DNA from: a virus
Lineage: Duplodnaviria > Heunggongvirae > Uroviricota > Caudoviricetes
DNA: 36,828 nt
Direction: 5' to 3' (one strand)
IMG/VR virus record: IMGVR_UViG_3300046642_001000
Location: 167,935-204,762 of that record
Shown here: in pieces, positions 8,168 to 15,150 of the stretch
How positions within the stretch are numbered: position 1 is the stretch's first letter
How the letters are laid out: every line of letters starts with the position of its first letter
Translations under genes and position numbers: made by a program
Notes under the pieces: generated by a model
What the model was told of the DNA's origin: nothing
Seen by the model: the letters and a program-made list of their open reading frames with translations, nothing else
Databases searched by the model: none

Positions 8168-8659
8168 ATGTCGAAGAACGAGCTCTCCCTCATCGGTTCC
8201 CCTTCCCTCCCGGTCGAGACCAAGCTCACCAAGAGCGAGGTCATCGAGCTGATCATCGAGAGCATGAGCTCCGAGCTCAAGGCGCAGGAGCACGCGCTGG
8301 AGGAGGAGCTCAAGACCATCTGCAACTTCCCCCTCAGCGAGGTGGCCGCCCTCCTGACCTCCGCCACCGTCAACATCCGCGAGAGCTGGAACGACAAGTC
8401 GAAGATCCAGCTGAGCCTCTCGGCCGAGCTGAAGAACGTGGGCGCCCTCACGGCCCGCGTCGGCCGCATGCACGCCGTCCAGGCGGAGCTGCAGCGCATC
8501 CGCACCGTGCGGAACGAGCTCGAGGGCAACAAGCAGCGGGCCAAGAACGAGATCCTGAAGCGCTTCCTCGAGCAGACCGACGAGGGCCGCACCGTCCTCG
8601 AGCAGATCAACAGCTTCAAGCTGAAGCTCCAGACGAAGCTGCTGGCCGCGGCGAAGTAA
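8168..8659 (+). CDS. coiled-coil hypothetical protein
   Basis: 163 aa, SD GAGGAG, very strong GC3 bias. Confidence 0.85.
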   Translation: MSKNELSLIGSPSLPVETKLTKSEVIELIIESMSSELKAQEHALEEELKTICNFPLSEVAALLTSATVNIRESWNDKSKIQLSLSAELKNVGALTARVGRMHAVQAELQRIRTVRNELEGNKQRAKNEILKRFLEQTDEGRTVLEQINSFKLKLQTKLLAAAK

Positions 8660-8660
8660 C

Positions 8661-8987
8661 GTGGCCGACACCATCAAATCCCGCCTCGCCGACTGGGTCC
8701 AGACCGTGGACCGGGAGTTCACCCTGGGCGAGGCGGGCAAGAAGTACCAGAACTTCGGCGGAAGCCCGAGCTCCCCGTACGAGTCGGCCCTGGGCGCCGT
8801 CGGCCACATGATCACCTGCACCAAGAAAGGCCCGCTCGGCGGCACGACCACCCCGACCGCGGTCTACGTCTACGACCCGGAGAAGCACGCCCGGTGGAAG
8901 GCCTCGGAAGCGGAGCTCACGGCCAACATGGCCAAGTGGGAGGCGGAGCGCGAGGTCAAGTCCATTTGGCACCGCATCGAGTGGTAG
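8661..8987 (+). CDS. hypothetical protein
   Basis: GTG start, 108 aa. Confidence 0.75.
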   Translation: MADTIKSRLADWVQTVDREFTLGEAGKKYQNFGGSPSSPYESALGAVGHMITCTKKGPLGGTTTPTAVYVYDPEKHARWKASEAELTANMAKWEAEREVKSIWHRIEW

Positions 8988-9005
8988 AATCTTCACACAT
9001 TCCTG

Positions 9006-9034
9006 TGTACACGAGGGAAACTCCGTGATATATT
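9006..9034 (+). promoter_or_regulatory. promoter, copy 10
   Basis: TGTACA-17bp-TATATT-AAGACC-ATG 9041. Confidence 0.8.
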
Positions 9035-9040
9035 AAGACC

Positions 9041-9439
9041 ATGGATAAAACCAAGGCCCCCACCGTCACCGAGCAGCTGCTCCGCGAGATCCAGGCCCGT
9101 GGAGACCGCGGCATGAGCTTCGCCGAGATGCAGCACTTCGTGTTCGTGAAGGCCCACCCCGACCGGGACTTCTTCGAGCGTGGCTCCGGCGGCCGGACCA
9201 CCCGCGGATTCTGGTGCACGAACTTCTACGGCTCGGGCAACCGCCAGGGCCTGATCTCCCTCTGGCTGGTCCAGCACCCCGAGACCAGACGCTACACCCT
9301 GAAGCCCGGGAAGGAGATCAAGGGCCCGTTCTTTCACGACCCGGTCCGTCGGGCGGAGGAACGTAGACAGGCCGAGGAGTACGATCGCCAGATGGAATCG
9401 GCGCGGCAAGCCAACTCCATCTGGAACAAGGTGGGCTAA
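9041..9439 (+). CDS. hypothetical protein
   Basis: 132 aa, leaderless MDKT start; loosely resembles the N-terminal part of 623-1321. Confidence 0.8.
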   Translation: MDKTKAPTVTEQLLREIQARGDRGMSFAEMQHFVFVKAHPDRDFFERGSGGRTTRGFWCTNFYGSGNRQGLISLWLVQHPETRRYTLKPGKEIKGPFFHDPVRRAEERRQAEEYDRQMESARQANSIWNKVG

Positions 9440-9442
9440 GAC

Positions 9443-9721
9443 ATGCAGAAATACGGCAAAGGAAAGACGGCCAGACACAACTCCCCGAAGACGGAGCGGA
9501 GGTGCCGTACCTGCAAGGGCATCATGAAGTCCGACAAGCCCCTGAAGGGCAGGGCGCGGGCGGCCAACAAAGAACTGAGCAAAGAGACCGCCGAAGAGGA
9601 GAACGAGAGGCTGAAGGTACTCCTCAGGAAGACGATGGACCTGATCGGGGAGGACAGCCTCGGGCAAGAGGAGTTCTACGACCTGTACAACGAGATCGAA
9701 GAGGAGGTCGGGCAGACATGA
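9443..9721 (+). CDS. hypothetical protein
   Basis: 92 aa. Confidence 0.7.
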   Translation: MQKYGKGKTARHNSPKTERRCRTCKGIMKSDKPLKGRARAANKELSKETAEEENERLKVLLRKTMDLIGEDSLGQEEFYDLYNEIEEEVGQT

Positions 9722-10008
9722 GCATGAGGAGAGACGCGATCAAGCCAGGGAGAGAGTACGTCAACCTGAAGACCAGGCAGACCTACGTGCTCCTCAGCGT
9801 GACAAGGGACAGCGAGACCCAGGAGGAGAGGGCCGTCTACGAGGAGTCACCCCCTCAGTTCAAGAAGGACCTGCCCTGGGACCGGCCCATGTCTCTCTTC
9901 CTCGAGAAGTTCGAGGAGCTAGAGAGGCCGTGCTTCGACTGTGGAAGAAGCGGGCAGGCGCACCGGGACTACCTGGCGCAGTACGGGAGGTGCTACTGGG
10001 GCGGGTGA
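9718..10008 (+). CDS. DUF1653-like protein
   Basis: Y..LKT...Y.LL....DSETQE..AVY...W.RP.S.FLE pattern. Confidence 0.65.
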   Translation: MSMRRDAIKPGREYVNLKTRQTYVLLSVTRDSETQEERAVYEESPPQFKKDLPWDRPMSLFLEKFEELERPCFDCGRSGQAHRDYLAQYGRCYWGG

Positions 10009-10174
10009 AGAGATGGCCTCGCCCGATACCCGCCCGCGATACGGCCCCTCGCGCGCGCGTAGAGTAGCAGGGGCTTAGAGGCGGATCTGGGAGGAGAAGA
10101 GCTGGGCCCCTCGTTCTATGTCGAGCTAGAGGTATCTGGCCAGGGCTTAGAGGCGAGGCGTCCCGTGGGCATAG

Positions 10175-10207
10175 AAAAGCCCCCGGTGGCCGTTGGCCAC
10201 CGGGGGC
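10175..10207 (-). terminator. intrinsic terminator
   Basis: Perfect 13-bp stem 10179-10191/10195-10207 followed by TTTT on (-), downstream of gene 10240-10665. Confidence 0.8.
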
Positions 10208-10239
10208 AAAGAGGAGGCTAAGTGATTCGAGGGTAGGCT

Positions 10240-10665
10240 TTAGGCCTGCGAGCTGTGGGCCGCGATCTTGGCCTTCCGGGCGGCCTTCGCGGCCGGGGTG
10301 GTCCAGCCCTTGGGCTCGTCGGCCTTGGGCTTCGAGGCCGCGCGCTGCTTCTTCTCGACCGGGGCCTGGGCCTTCAGGTCGGCCAGGAGCTGCGTGAAGT
10401 CCGAGAGGATCTCGTCTTCCGGCTTCGAGAAGTCCAGCTGCTGCTTGACGTTGCCGAACGGTCCGCAGTGCGGGGACACCCCGTAGGAGACCTCGAAGCC
10501 CGAGATGTCCACCCGGCCGACCCGCTTGGTGCTGGCCACGTAGACGGCCCGCCCGGTCGGCCCCTGGACCTTGACGAACCCCTTCTGGCCCGTCATGGGG
10601 AGCTCGCTCGCCAGGATGATGGTCTCGAACTTCGCCGCGTCCACATACGTCACGTTGGTCTTCAT
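10240..10665 (-). CDS. hypothetical protein, paralog A (Lys/Ala-rich tail)
   Basis: MKTNV start with SD GGAGA; 141 aa; close paralog of 11615-12049. Confidence 0.85.
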   Translation of the reverse strand: MKTNVTYVDAAKFETIILASELPMTGQKGFVKVQGPTGRAVYVASTKRVGRVDISGFEVSYGVSPHCGPFGNVKQQLDFSKPEDEILSDFTQLLADLKAQAPVEKKQRAASKPKADEPKGWTTPAAKAARKAKIAAHSSQA

Positions 10666-10739
10666 CTCGTTCTCCGTTTTTCTTGGCTTCGATGGCCGGA
10701 GGATAATTCCTCGAACCATTTCCGCCACTTGATATAACC

Positions 10740-10768
10740 ATTATACCAAACTTCGGACCGAACGTAAA
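10740..10768 (-). promoter_or_regulatory. sigma70-type promoter for paralog A
   Basis: TTTACG-17bp-TATAAT on (-). Confidence 0.75.
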
Positions 10769-10813
10769 GGAAAAAGTGACGAGGGACGCACTTTTTTTCG
10801 CGGCAAAAAGGGG

Positions 10814-10842
10814 TGTACAACCGGAGGCATACGTGGTATAAT
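10814..10842 (+). promoter_or_regulatory. sigma70-type promoter with no sense gene downstream
   Basis: TGTACA-17bp-TATAAT with extended -10; points into the 3' end of (-) gene 10899-11210. Confidence 0.7.
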
Positions 10843-10898
10843 GAAGGGAGTGGCGGGCGGGAGGGGCCCCCGAGAGGAGAAGACCGGGGGCCGTCACG

Positions 10899-11210
10899 CT
10901 ACTGGAGGTCCGGCGAGGAGGAGGCCGCGAGGGCCATCATGTGGTCGACCTGGTGCTCCGACGGGTCCTGCCACAGGGAGGCCTGGTAGTCCTGGAGGTC
11001 GATCTCCGAGGAGGAGCCCAGGAGGCGGCAGGTGAGGGAGAGGACGTTCTCCCACTGGAGGATGCGGTCCACCGTCTCGACGATGTCCTCCTCGTCCGTG
11101 GTCTCGTCCTCGATGAGGCGCGCCCGGAGGAACCGCAGGGAGGCGTAGGCCTTCAGCTGAAGGATCTCCCACTGGTCGTGCCGGATCTCTTTGCGGCTGT
11201 ACGTCTTCAT
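10899..11210 (-). CDS. hypothetical protein
   Basis: MKTYSRKE start, ATGA overlap; 103 aa. Confidence 0.75.
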   Translation of the reverse strand: MKTYSRKEIRHDQWEILQLKAYASLRFLRARLIEDETTDEEDIVETVDRILQWENVLSLTCRLLGSSSEIDLQDYQASLWQDPSEHQVDHMMALAASSSPDLQ

Positions 11211-11308
11211 CGGGCCACCGCCTGGCTGGCGCAGAGGCAGGCCCATGAGGCGGTGAGGCAGGCCACCATGGCGGCCAGGAGCCAGTCGGTCGTGTTGCTT
11301 CTACGCAT
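11207..11308 (-). CDS. small hydrophobic peptide
   Basis: SD GGAGG; MRRSNTTDWLLAAMVACLTASWACLCASQAVAR, 33 aa. Confidence 0.55.
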   Translation of the reverse strand: MRRSNTTDWLLAAMVACLTASWACLCASQAVAR

Positions 11309-11351
11309 AGAGGAACCTCCGTGGTACGGGTTGGACAGCCGGAGCAAACAG

Positions 11352-11417
11352 TGGGGCCAAGACCGGGGATCGAACCCAGCAGGGAGTGGTTACCCTCTGC
11401 CACCAGGCAGCCGAGGC
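11352..11417 (-). ncRNA. degenerate tRNA-like element
   Basis: Canonical T-arm CUGGG-UUCGAUC-CCCGG and 3' CCA; D-like hairpin; imperfect acceptor and anticodon arms. Confidence 0.4.
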
Positions 11418-11562
11418 CAGAAGAGGAGGGGAGGCGGGACAGGCCGAGGCCCCAAGAGTCCCGTTGGTGTCTACCCCTCCGGAAAAGAGGCGGTGGTCCG
11501 GTGGCGGAGAGGGCAGCTCCCTGGGGCTCCTCTTCTCCTCGCCTCACCGGGCCGCCTCGGGT

Positions 11563-11605
11563 GGAAGAAGAAGAGGTGGCCTCCCGGCGTAGAGGAGGCC
11601 ACCTC
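11563..11605 (-). terminator. intrinsic terminator
   Basis: 12-bp perfect stem 11573-11584/11594-11605 plus TTCTTCTT tail on (-), right after the stop of 11615-12049. Confidence 0.7.
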
Positions 11606-11614
11606 GGGACCGGA

Positions 11615-12049
11615 CTAGGCGGCCGGCGAAGAGGCCTTGGACTTGGCCGCGATCTTCTTGGCCCGCTCCGCCTTGCCCGACCAGCCCTTGGGCTCGTCCG
11701 CCTTCGGGGTGGCCGGGGCGCGGACCGCCTTCTCGACCGGGGCCAGGGTCTTCATGTGCTCGAGGAGGGCGGCGAAGTTGCTGAGCACCTCGTCCTCGGG
11801 GAGGGAGAAGTCGAGCTGCTGCTTCACGTTCCCGAAGGGACCGCAGTGGGGGGAGACGTAGCCGGGGCCCTCCATCGTGAACCCGCTGATGTCCACCCGA
11901 CCGACCCGCTTCGTGGAGGCCACGTAGACCTGACGCCCCTTGGGACCGGTGACCTTGACGAACCCCTTCTGTCCCGACATCGGGAGGCCCGAGGCGGTGA
12001 TGAGGGTCTCGAACTTCGCGGCGTCGATGTAGGTGACGTTGGTCTTCAT
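11615..12049 (-). CDS. hypothetical protein, paralog B (Lys/Ala-rich tail)
   Basis: MKTNV start with SD GGAG; 144 aa. Confidence 0.85.
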   Translation of the reverse strand: MKTNVTYIDAAKFETLITASGLPMSGQKGFVKVTGPKGRQVYVASTKRVGRVDISGFTMEGPGYVSPHCGPFGNVKQQLDFSLPEDEVLSNFAALLEHMKTLAPVEKAVRAPATPKADEPKGWSGKAERAKKIAAKSKASSPAA

Positions 12050-12136
12050 GTGTTGGCTCCGTTGGGGCGAGGGGAGGGGGAGGGGACCGGATGATTCCGG
12101 CCTTTTCCTTTCCATCCTTCCTTGCCTTATGAACCT

Positions 12137-12145
12137 ATTATATCA
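12137..12145 (-). promoter_or_regulatory. extended -10 promoter for paralog B
   Basis: TGATATAAT on (-); no clear -35. Confidence 0.6.
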
Positions 12146-12181
12146 AATTCCATTTTTAAAAACAGGCCTAAGAACATAACG

Positions 12182-12276
12182 ATATCATAGGCTTACGGCG
12201 GTATGCAGATAGTGCATAGGCGTGTATCCTATTGGAACCATTAAGGAATATGAGCCGTCCTATAAGCCTATGATAT
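12182..12276. repeat. 14-bp perfect inverted repeat in AT-rich island
   Basis: ATATCATAGGCTTA 12182-12195 / TAAGCCTATGATAT 12263-12276. Confidence 0.85.
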
Positions 12277-12382
12277 TATAAAGGAAAGGGGTATTGGGGT
12301 TCATATGGAATATTAGGCATTTAGGCCCGGCTTGATCTGCTCCCGAGATGCGAGGCCCATTTTTCCAGCCCAGGTTTTCGCC

Positions 12383-12395
12383 TAAGCCATTGATT
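12383..12395 (-). promoter_or_regulatory. IHF consensus site
   Basis: AATCAATGGCTTA on (-) matches WATCAANNNNTTR. Confidence 0.55.
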
Positions 12396-12409
12396 TTGTT
12401 AGCTAAGGG

Positions 12410-12532
12410 TTACTTAGGGGGCTTCCGGGGCAGGTCGGAGAGGACGATCCAGAGGGTAAGGGCCAGGATCCCGCCCCAGAGCCAGAGCTCGGTCCCCAGG
12501 AGGGCCCCAGGGAGGTCAGAGGACGGGACCAT
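12410..12532 (-). CDS. small single-pass membrane protein
   Basis: 40 aa MVPSSDLPGALLGTELWLWGGILALTLWIVLSDLPRKPPK, weak SD AGGA. Confidence 0.4.
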   Translation of the reverse strand: MVPSSDLPGALLGTELWLWGGILALTLWIVLSDLPRKPPK

Positions 12533-12675
12533 GGAATCCTACCACCCGCACGTGGAAAGGGCCTCGGAGCGTCACTGGGGAGCTCAGAGCCATTGCCAGC
12601 GCGGCTTCCACGGCCACAGGAGGAGAAAGACGGCCAACCCGGGCAGGGCCCGGGCCACCCGGCACACCCCTCGGA

Positions 12676-12909
12676 TCACTGGATCACCGGCAGGCGGACC
12701 ACCGCCCCTGGGGCCGGCTTCTCCTGGAGCGACTCTTCTTCTTTTTGCGACACGTAGGCGTCCAGGGCGGCCAGCTCTGCCTCGGAGGAGGAGATCAGGT
12801 TGGACAGCTCCTGGAAGACTAGCTTGCGCTCCGCTTCCACCTCAGAGCTCGTGTAGCGGATCATGGCCCCGTCCAGCAGCTTCCGGGCCCTCTTCAGCAG
12901 GTCGATCAT
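12676..12909 (-). CDS. hypothetical protein
   Basis: 77 aa. Confidence 0.7.
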   Translation of the reverse strand: MIDLLKRARKLLDGAMIRYTSSEVEAERKLVFQELSNLISSSEAELAALDAYVSQKEEESLQEKPAPGAVVRLPVIQ

Positions 12910-12910
12910 C

Positions 12911-13186
12911 TCAGCGTCCCCACTTCTTGTTCCGTCTGGCGTGGGCCGCCGACTTCTCGTCCTGCGGCACGAAGACCTTCGTCTTCCCCTTCATCGGTTC
13001 CTTGTCCCCGTCCAGCATGACGTGGGACTTGCAGTTCGGGCACTCGACGTAGTAGTACTCGTAGTCGATCTCGTCGTAGCTCCCGATCCGGGCCAGCTCG
13101 AGGTCTCCCCGGGTGGCCACCGCCTTCGCGAGGCAGTGCTCGCAGGTGAAGGGGTGCTCCCAGACCGGTACCTCTACGAGCTTCAT
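12911..13186 (-). CDS. Zn-ribbon hypothetical protein
   Basis: MKLVEV start; CEHC...CPNC. Confidence 0.75.
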   Translation of the reverse strand: MKLVEVPVWEHPFTCEHCLAKAVATRGDLELARIGSYDEIDYEYYYVECPNCKSHVMLDGDKEPMKGKTKVFVPQDEKSAAHARRNKKWGR

Positions 13187-13482
13187 CGCCCGAGGTCCCG
13201 CTTCCGCCACTCCCGGTTGCAGGCCGCCGCCAGGAAGTCCATCTTCCGGATACGGGCCACCTCCCGTTCGGTGAGCTCCTCCCGGGGCCGGGTGTTCACC
13301 ACCACGTTGCACCCCGCCCGCTGGCCGCAGCAGTACTCGTTCGCCGCGTCGTGGGCCAGGTCCCGGAAGGCCAGGACCTTCGTCCGGTAGGCCTTCAGGC
13401 CATGGTCGCTAAGACCCTTGATCTGCTCCTCCGTGAGGGGGCGCACGTCCGAGGTCAGCCGGATCTTCCGCGTCGACTTCAT
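13183..13482 (-). CDS. hypothetical protein
   Basis: MKSTRK start, ATGA overlap; 99 aa. Confidence 0.7.
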   Translation of the reverse strand: MKSTRKIRLTSDVRPLTEEQIKGLSDHGLKAYRTKVLAFRDLAHDAANEYCCGQRAGCNVVVNTRPREELTEREVARIRKMDFLAAACNREWRKRDLGR

Positions 13483-13817
13483 CGCAGCCGCTCCGTGTAC
13501 TGCTTGGCCCGGTCCAGGATGACCTTCTCCCAGGGACCCGGGACGTATATCCGGGGGGTCGAGCCCGCCCCGAGGCTGAAATAGCTCCCGCCCCCGGCGT
13601 AGACGACCTCCCCGGTCCGGAGGTCGGTCACCTCGCAGCCGGCCGAGCCGTTCCCCTGGGCGGCCGCCATGGCCCACATCTTGATATGGATCATCTCCTC
13701 CTTGAGGACGAGCTCCATGTCCAGGGTGCTGTGCACCGGGTTGCTGATGTTCGGGGCGGTCTTCCGGCCCTCCCGGTCCACCAGCACGATCGCGGCCTGC
13801 GGCATCTCGTTCTTCAT
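13479..13817 (-). CDS. hypothetical protein
   Basis: 112 aa. Confidence 0.75.
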   Translation of the reverse strand: MKNEMPQAAIVLVDREGRKTAPNISNPVHSTLDMELVLKEEMIHIKMWAMAAAQGNGSAGCEVTDLRTGEVVYAGGGSYFSLGAGSTPRIYVPGPWEKVILDRAKQYTERLR

Positions 13818-13963
13818 CGGTCTCCCTCGTCTGGATCCCTGCAGTCAAGCAGGGGGTCGTTGTCGTCGTAGTCGCCCGGGTCCTCGTACTCAGCCACGTT
13901 GATCCAGGCCAGCCGCCGGGCCGTCTTCAGCTCGTCGTGGAGCTCCAGGCTCATCCGTTCCAT
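13814..13963 (-). CDS. small acidic hypothetical protein
   Basis: 49 aa MERMSLELHD..., overlaps both neighbours. Confidence 0.55.
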   Translation of the reverse strand: MERMSLELHDELKTARRLAWINVAEYEDPGDYDDNDPLLDCRDPDEGDR

Positions 13964-14529
13964 CGTCTTCCGTTCAGGACCTTGAGGGCCCGGGCGATGT
14001 CCTTCTCCTGCAGCCCCTTCGCCCCGTCCGTCTGGACCAGCCAGGGGTCGCAGTTCTGGGTGAAGCTGTACTTCGGCTCGTCGTCCAGGATGACCATGTG
14101 GACCGACTTCCCCTTGAAGTTCGACTGGAGGAAGCCGTCGATGGCCGCCCCCCGGTGGGGGATGTGGCAGGGGGTCGGCGCGATCACCTCGGCGGTGACG
14201 CCCGCCCCGGCCAGGATTCCTACCAGGTGGTCGAAGTGCCGGGCGTAGAACATCCGCCAGGAGCTCGAGACCACGATCTTCGCCCCGGCCTCCTGGGTGA
14301 TGCGGTTCAGGTAGCCGACGTTCTCCTCGTCGAAGAGCTTGAGGACGAACGGGTCGTCGGCCGGGGTCACCCACCGGTCGTCCCCGCCCGTCATCCCGAC
14401 GGTCCCCTGCTCCCGCTTCCGCTGAAGGGCCTCGTCGTGGGCCGCGTTCCACTCGTGGTAGTTCCGCCCCGAGTTCACGACCCCGTCGATGTCCAGAAAG
14501 ACCAGCTTGTGCAGCGCCTCGCCCATCAC
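13951..14529 (-). CDS. HAD-superfamily phosphatase, Swiss-Army-Knife RNA-repair type
   Basis: FLDIDGVVN (DxD), IVVSSSWR, RG..I..FL, VILDD, VQTD..KGL. Confidence 0.85.
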   Translation of the reverse strand: MMGEALHKLVFLDIDGVVNSGRNYHEWNAAHDEALQRKREQGTVGMTGGDDRWVTPADDPFVLKLFDEENVGYLNRITQEAGAKIVVSSSWRMFYARHFDHLVGILAGAGVTAEVIAPTPCHIPHRGAAIDGFLQSNFKGKSVHMVILDDEPKYSFTQNCDPWLVQTDGAKGLQEKDIARALKVLNGRRWNG

Positions 14530-14702
14530 TTCTTCTCCCGCTCCAGCTTCTTGAGCCGGTCCTCTAGGTCCCGGATCTTCCGGTCCTTCTCGTCCAGCTC
14601 CCGGTTCCGCCGCCGGTTGACGTGCCCCTCGTAGAGGGTGTTCAGCCCGAGGAGGATGGTCACCAGGACAGACGCCTTGCCGAGCCGATCCGTTGTCGCC
14701 AT
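14526..14702 (-). CDS. small membrane-anchored coiled-coil protein
   Basis: 58 aa; leaderless start 6 nt after TATAAT. Confidence 0.65.
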   Translation of the reverse strand: MATTDRLGKASVLVTILLGLNTLYEGHVNRRRNRELDEKDRKIRDLEDRLKKLEREKK

Positions 14703-14708
14703 GGTACC

Positions 14709-14718
14709 ATTATACCAC
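14709..14718 (-). promoter_or_regulatory. extended -10 promoter (leaderless)
   Basis: GTGGTATAAT-GGTACC-ATG on (-). Confidence 0.7.
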
Positions 14719-14721
14719 AGG

Positions 14722-14883
14722 TTAGGGGTTCATGTCGATGATTGTGACGCCCCGGTCCGAGCTGCCGGTGTCCATCGGCTCGGGCGGGGTCCAGTCCGGG
14801 TCCCAGTAGGGGATGTCCACGGTCGGACGGTCTTCCACTTCCTCCCGGCGCCGGATCTCGTCGATGATGAACGCGTCCAACAT
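14722..14883 (-). CDS. small protein resembling a conserved myxobacterial hypothetical protein
   Basis: 53 aa MLDAFIIDEIRRREE...RP...P....RGVTIIDM; pattern recalled from Myxococcota proteins, not searched. Confidence 0.6.
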   Translation of the reverse strand: MLDAFIIDEIRRREEVEDRPTVDIPYWDPDWTPPEPMDTGSSDRGVTIIDMNP

Positions 14884-15150
14884 CTACGTGGCCCCCAGCT
14901 TCTTCTTCACGGCCGCCACGAACCGGTTGATGTTCGCCGCCTGCCAGGCGCAGGTGTCCCGGAAGTCCTGGGTGGCGGTCCCCTTCCCCTGCTTCGACTG
15001 GACGAGCAGCTCGGCCGCCAGCCCCTGGAAGTTGAGGAAGAAGTTCGTCTGGAGCTCCGAGCTTCCCTTGATGAGGTCGACGACCGTCTGGACCTGGGCG
15101 GCGTCCGCGTTCCGTGGCCCGTGCCCGATGATGTCTTGCACCTTGATCAT
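14884..15150 (-). CDS. hypothetical protein
   Basis: MIKVQD start, SD GGAG; 88 aa. Confidence 0.75.
   Translation of the reverse strand: MIKVQDIIGHGPRNADAAQVQTVVDLIKGSSELQTNFFLNFQGLAAELLVQSKQGKGTATQDFRDTCAWQAANINRFVAAVKKKLGAT

Noticed and set aside
574-9041. Repeated intergenic motif as a CRISPR array or integron attC array
   Set aside because: Spacing is 0.2-1.7 kb and filled with genes, the copies are degenerate, and there is no attC-type dyad or integrase. The -35/17/-10 geometry explains them as promoters.
9860-10897. 345-aa (-) ORF and many other long overlapping or antisense ORFs in the track (e.g. 563-1411, 10941-11618, 12348-13052, 25939-27078)
   Set aside because: Pro/Arg/Gly-rich shadows of real genes in GC-rich DNA, crossing terminators or promoters, with no motifs.
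12584-12679. 31-aa Trp-rich (-) ORF with GTGA overlap
   Set aside because: Too short, with no SD or motif support.
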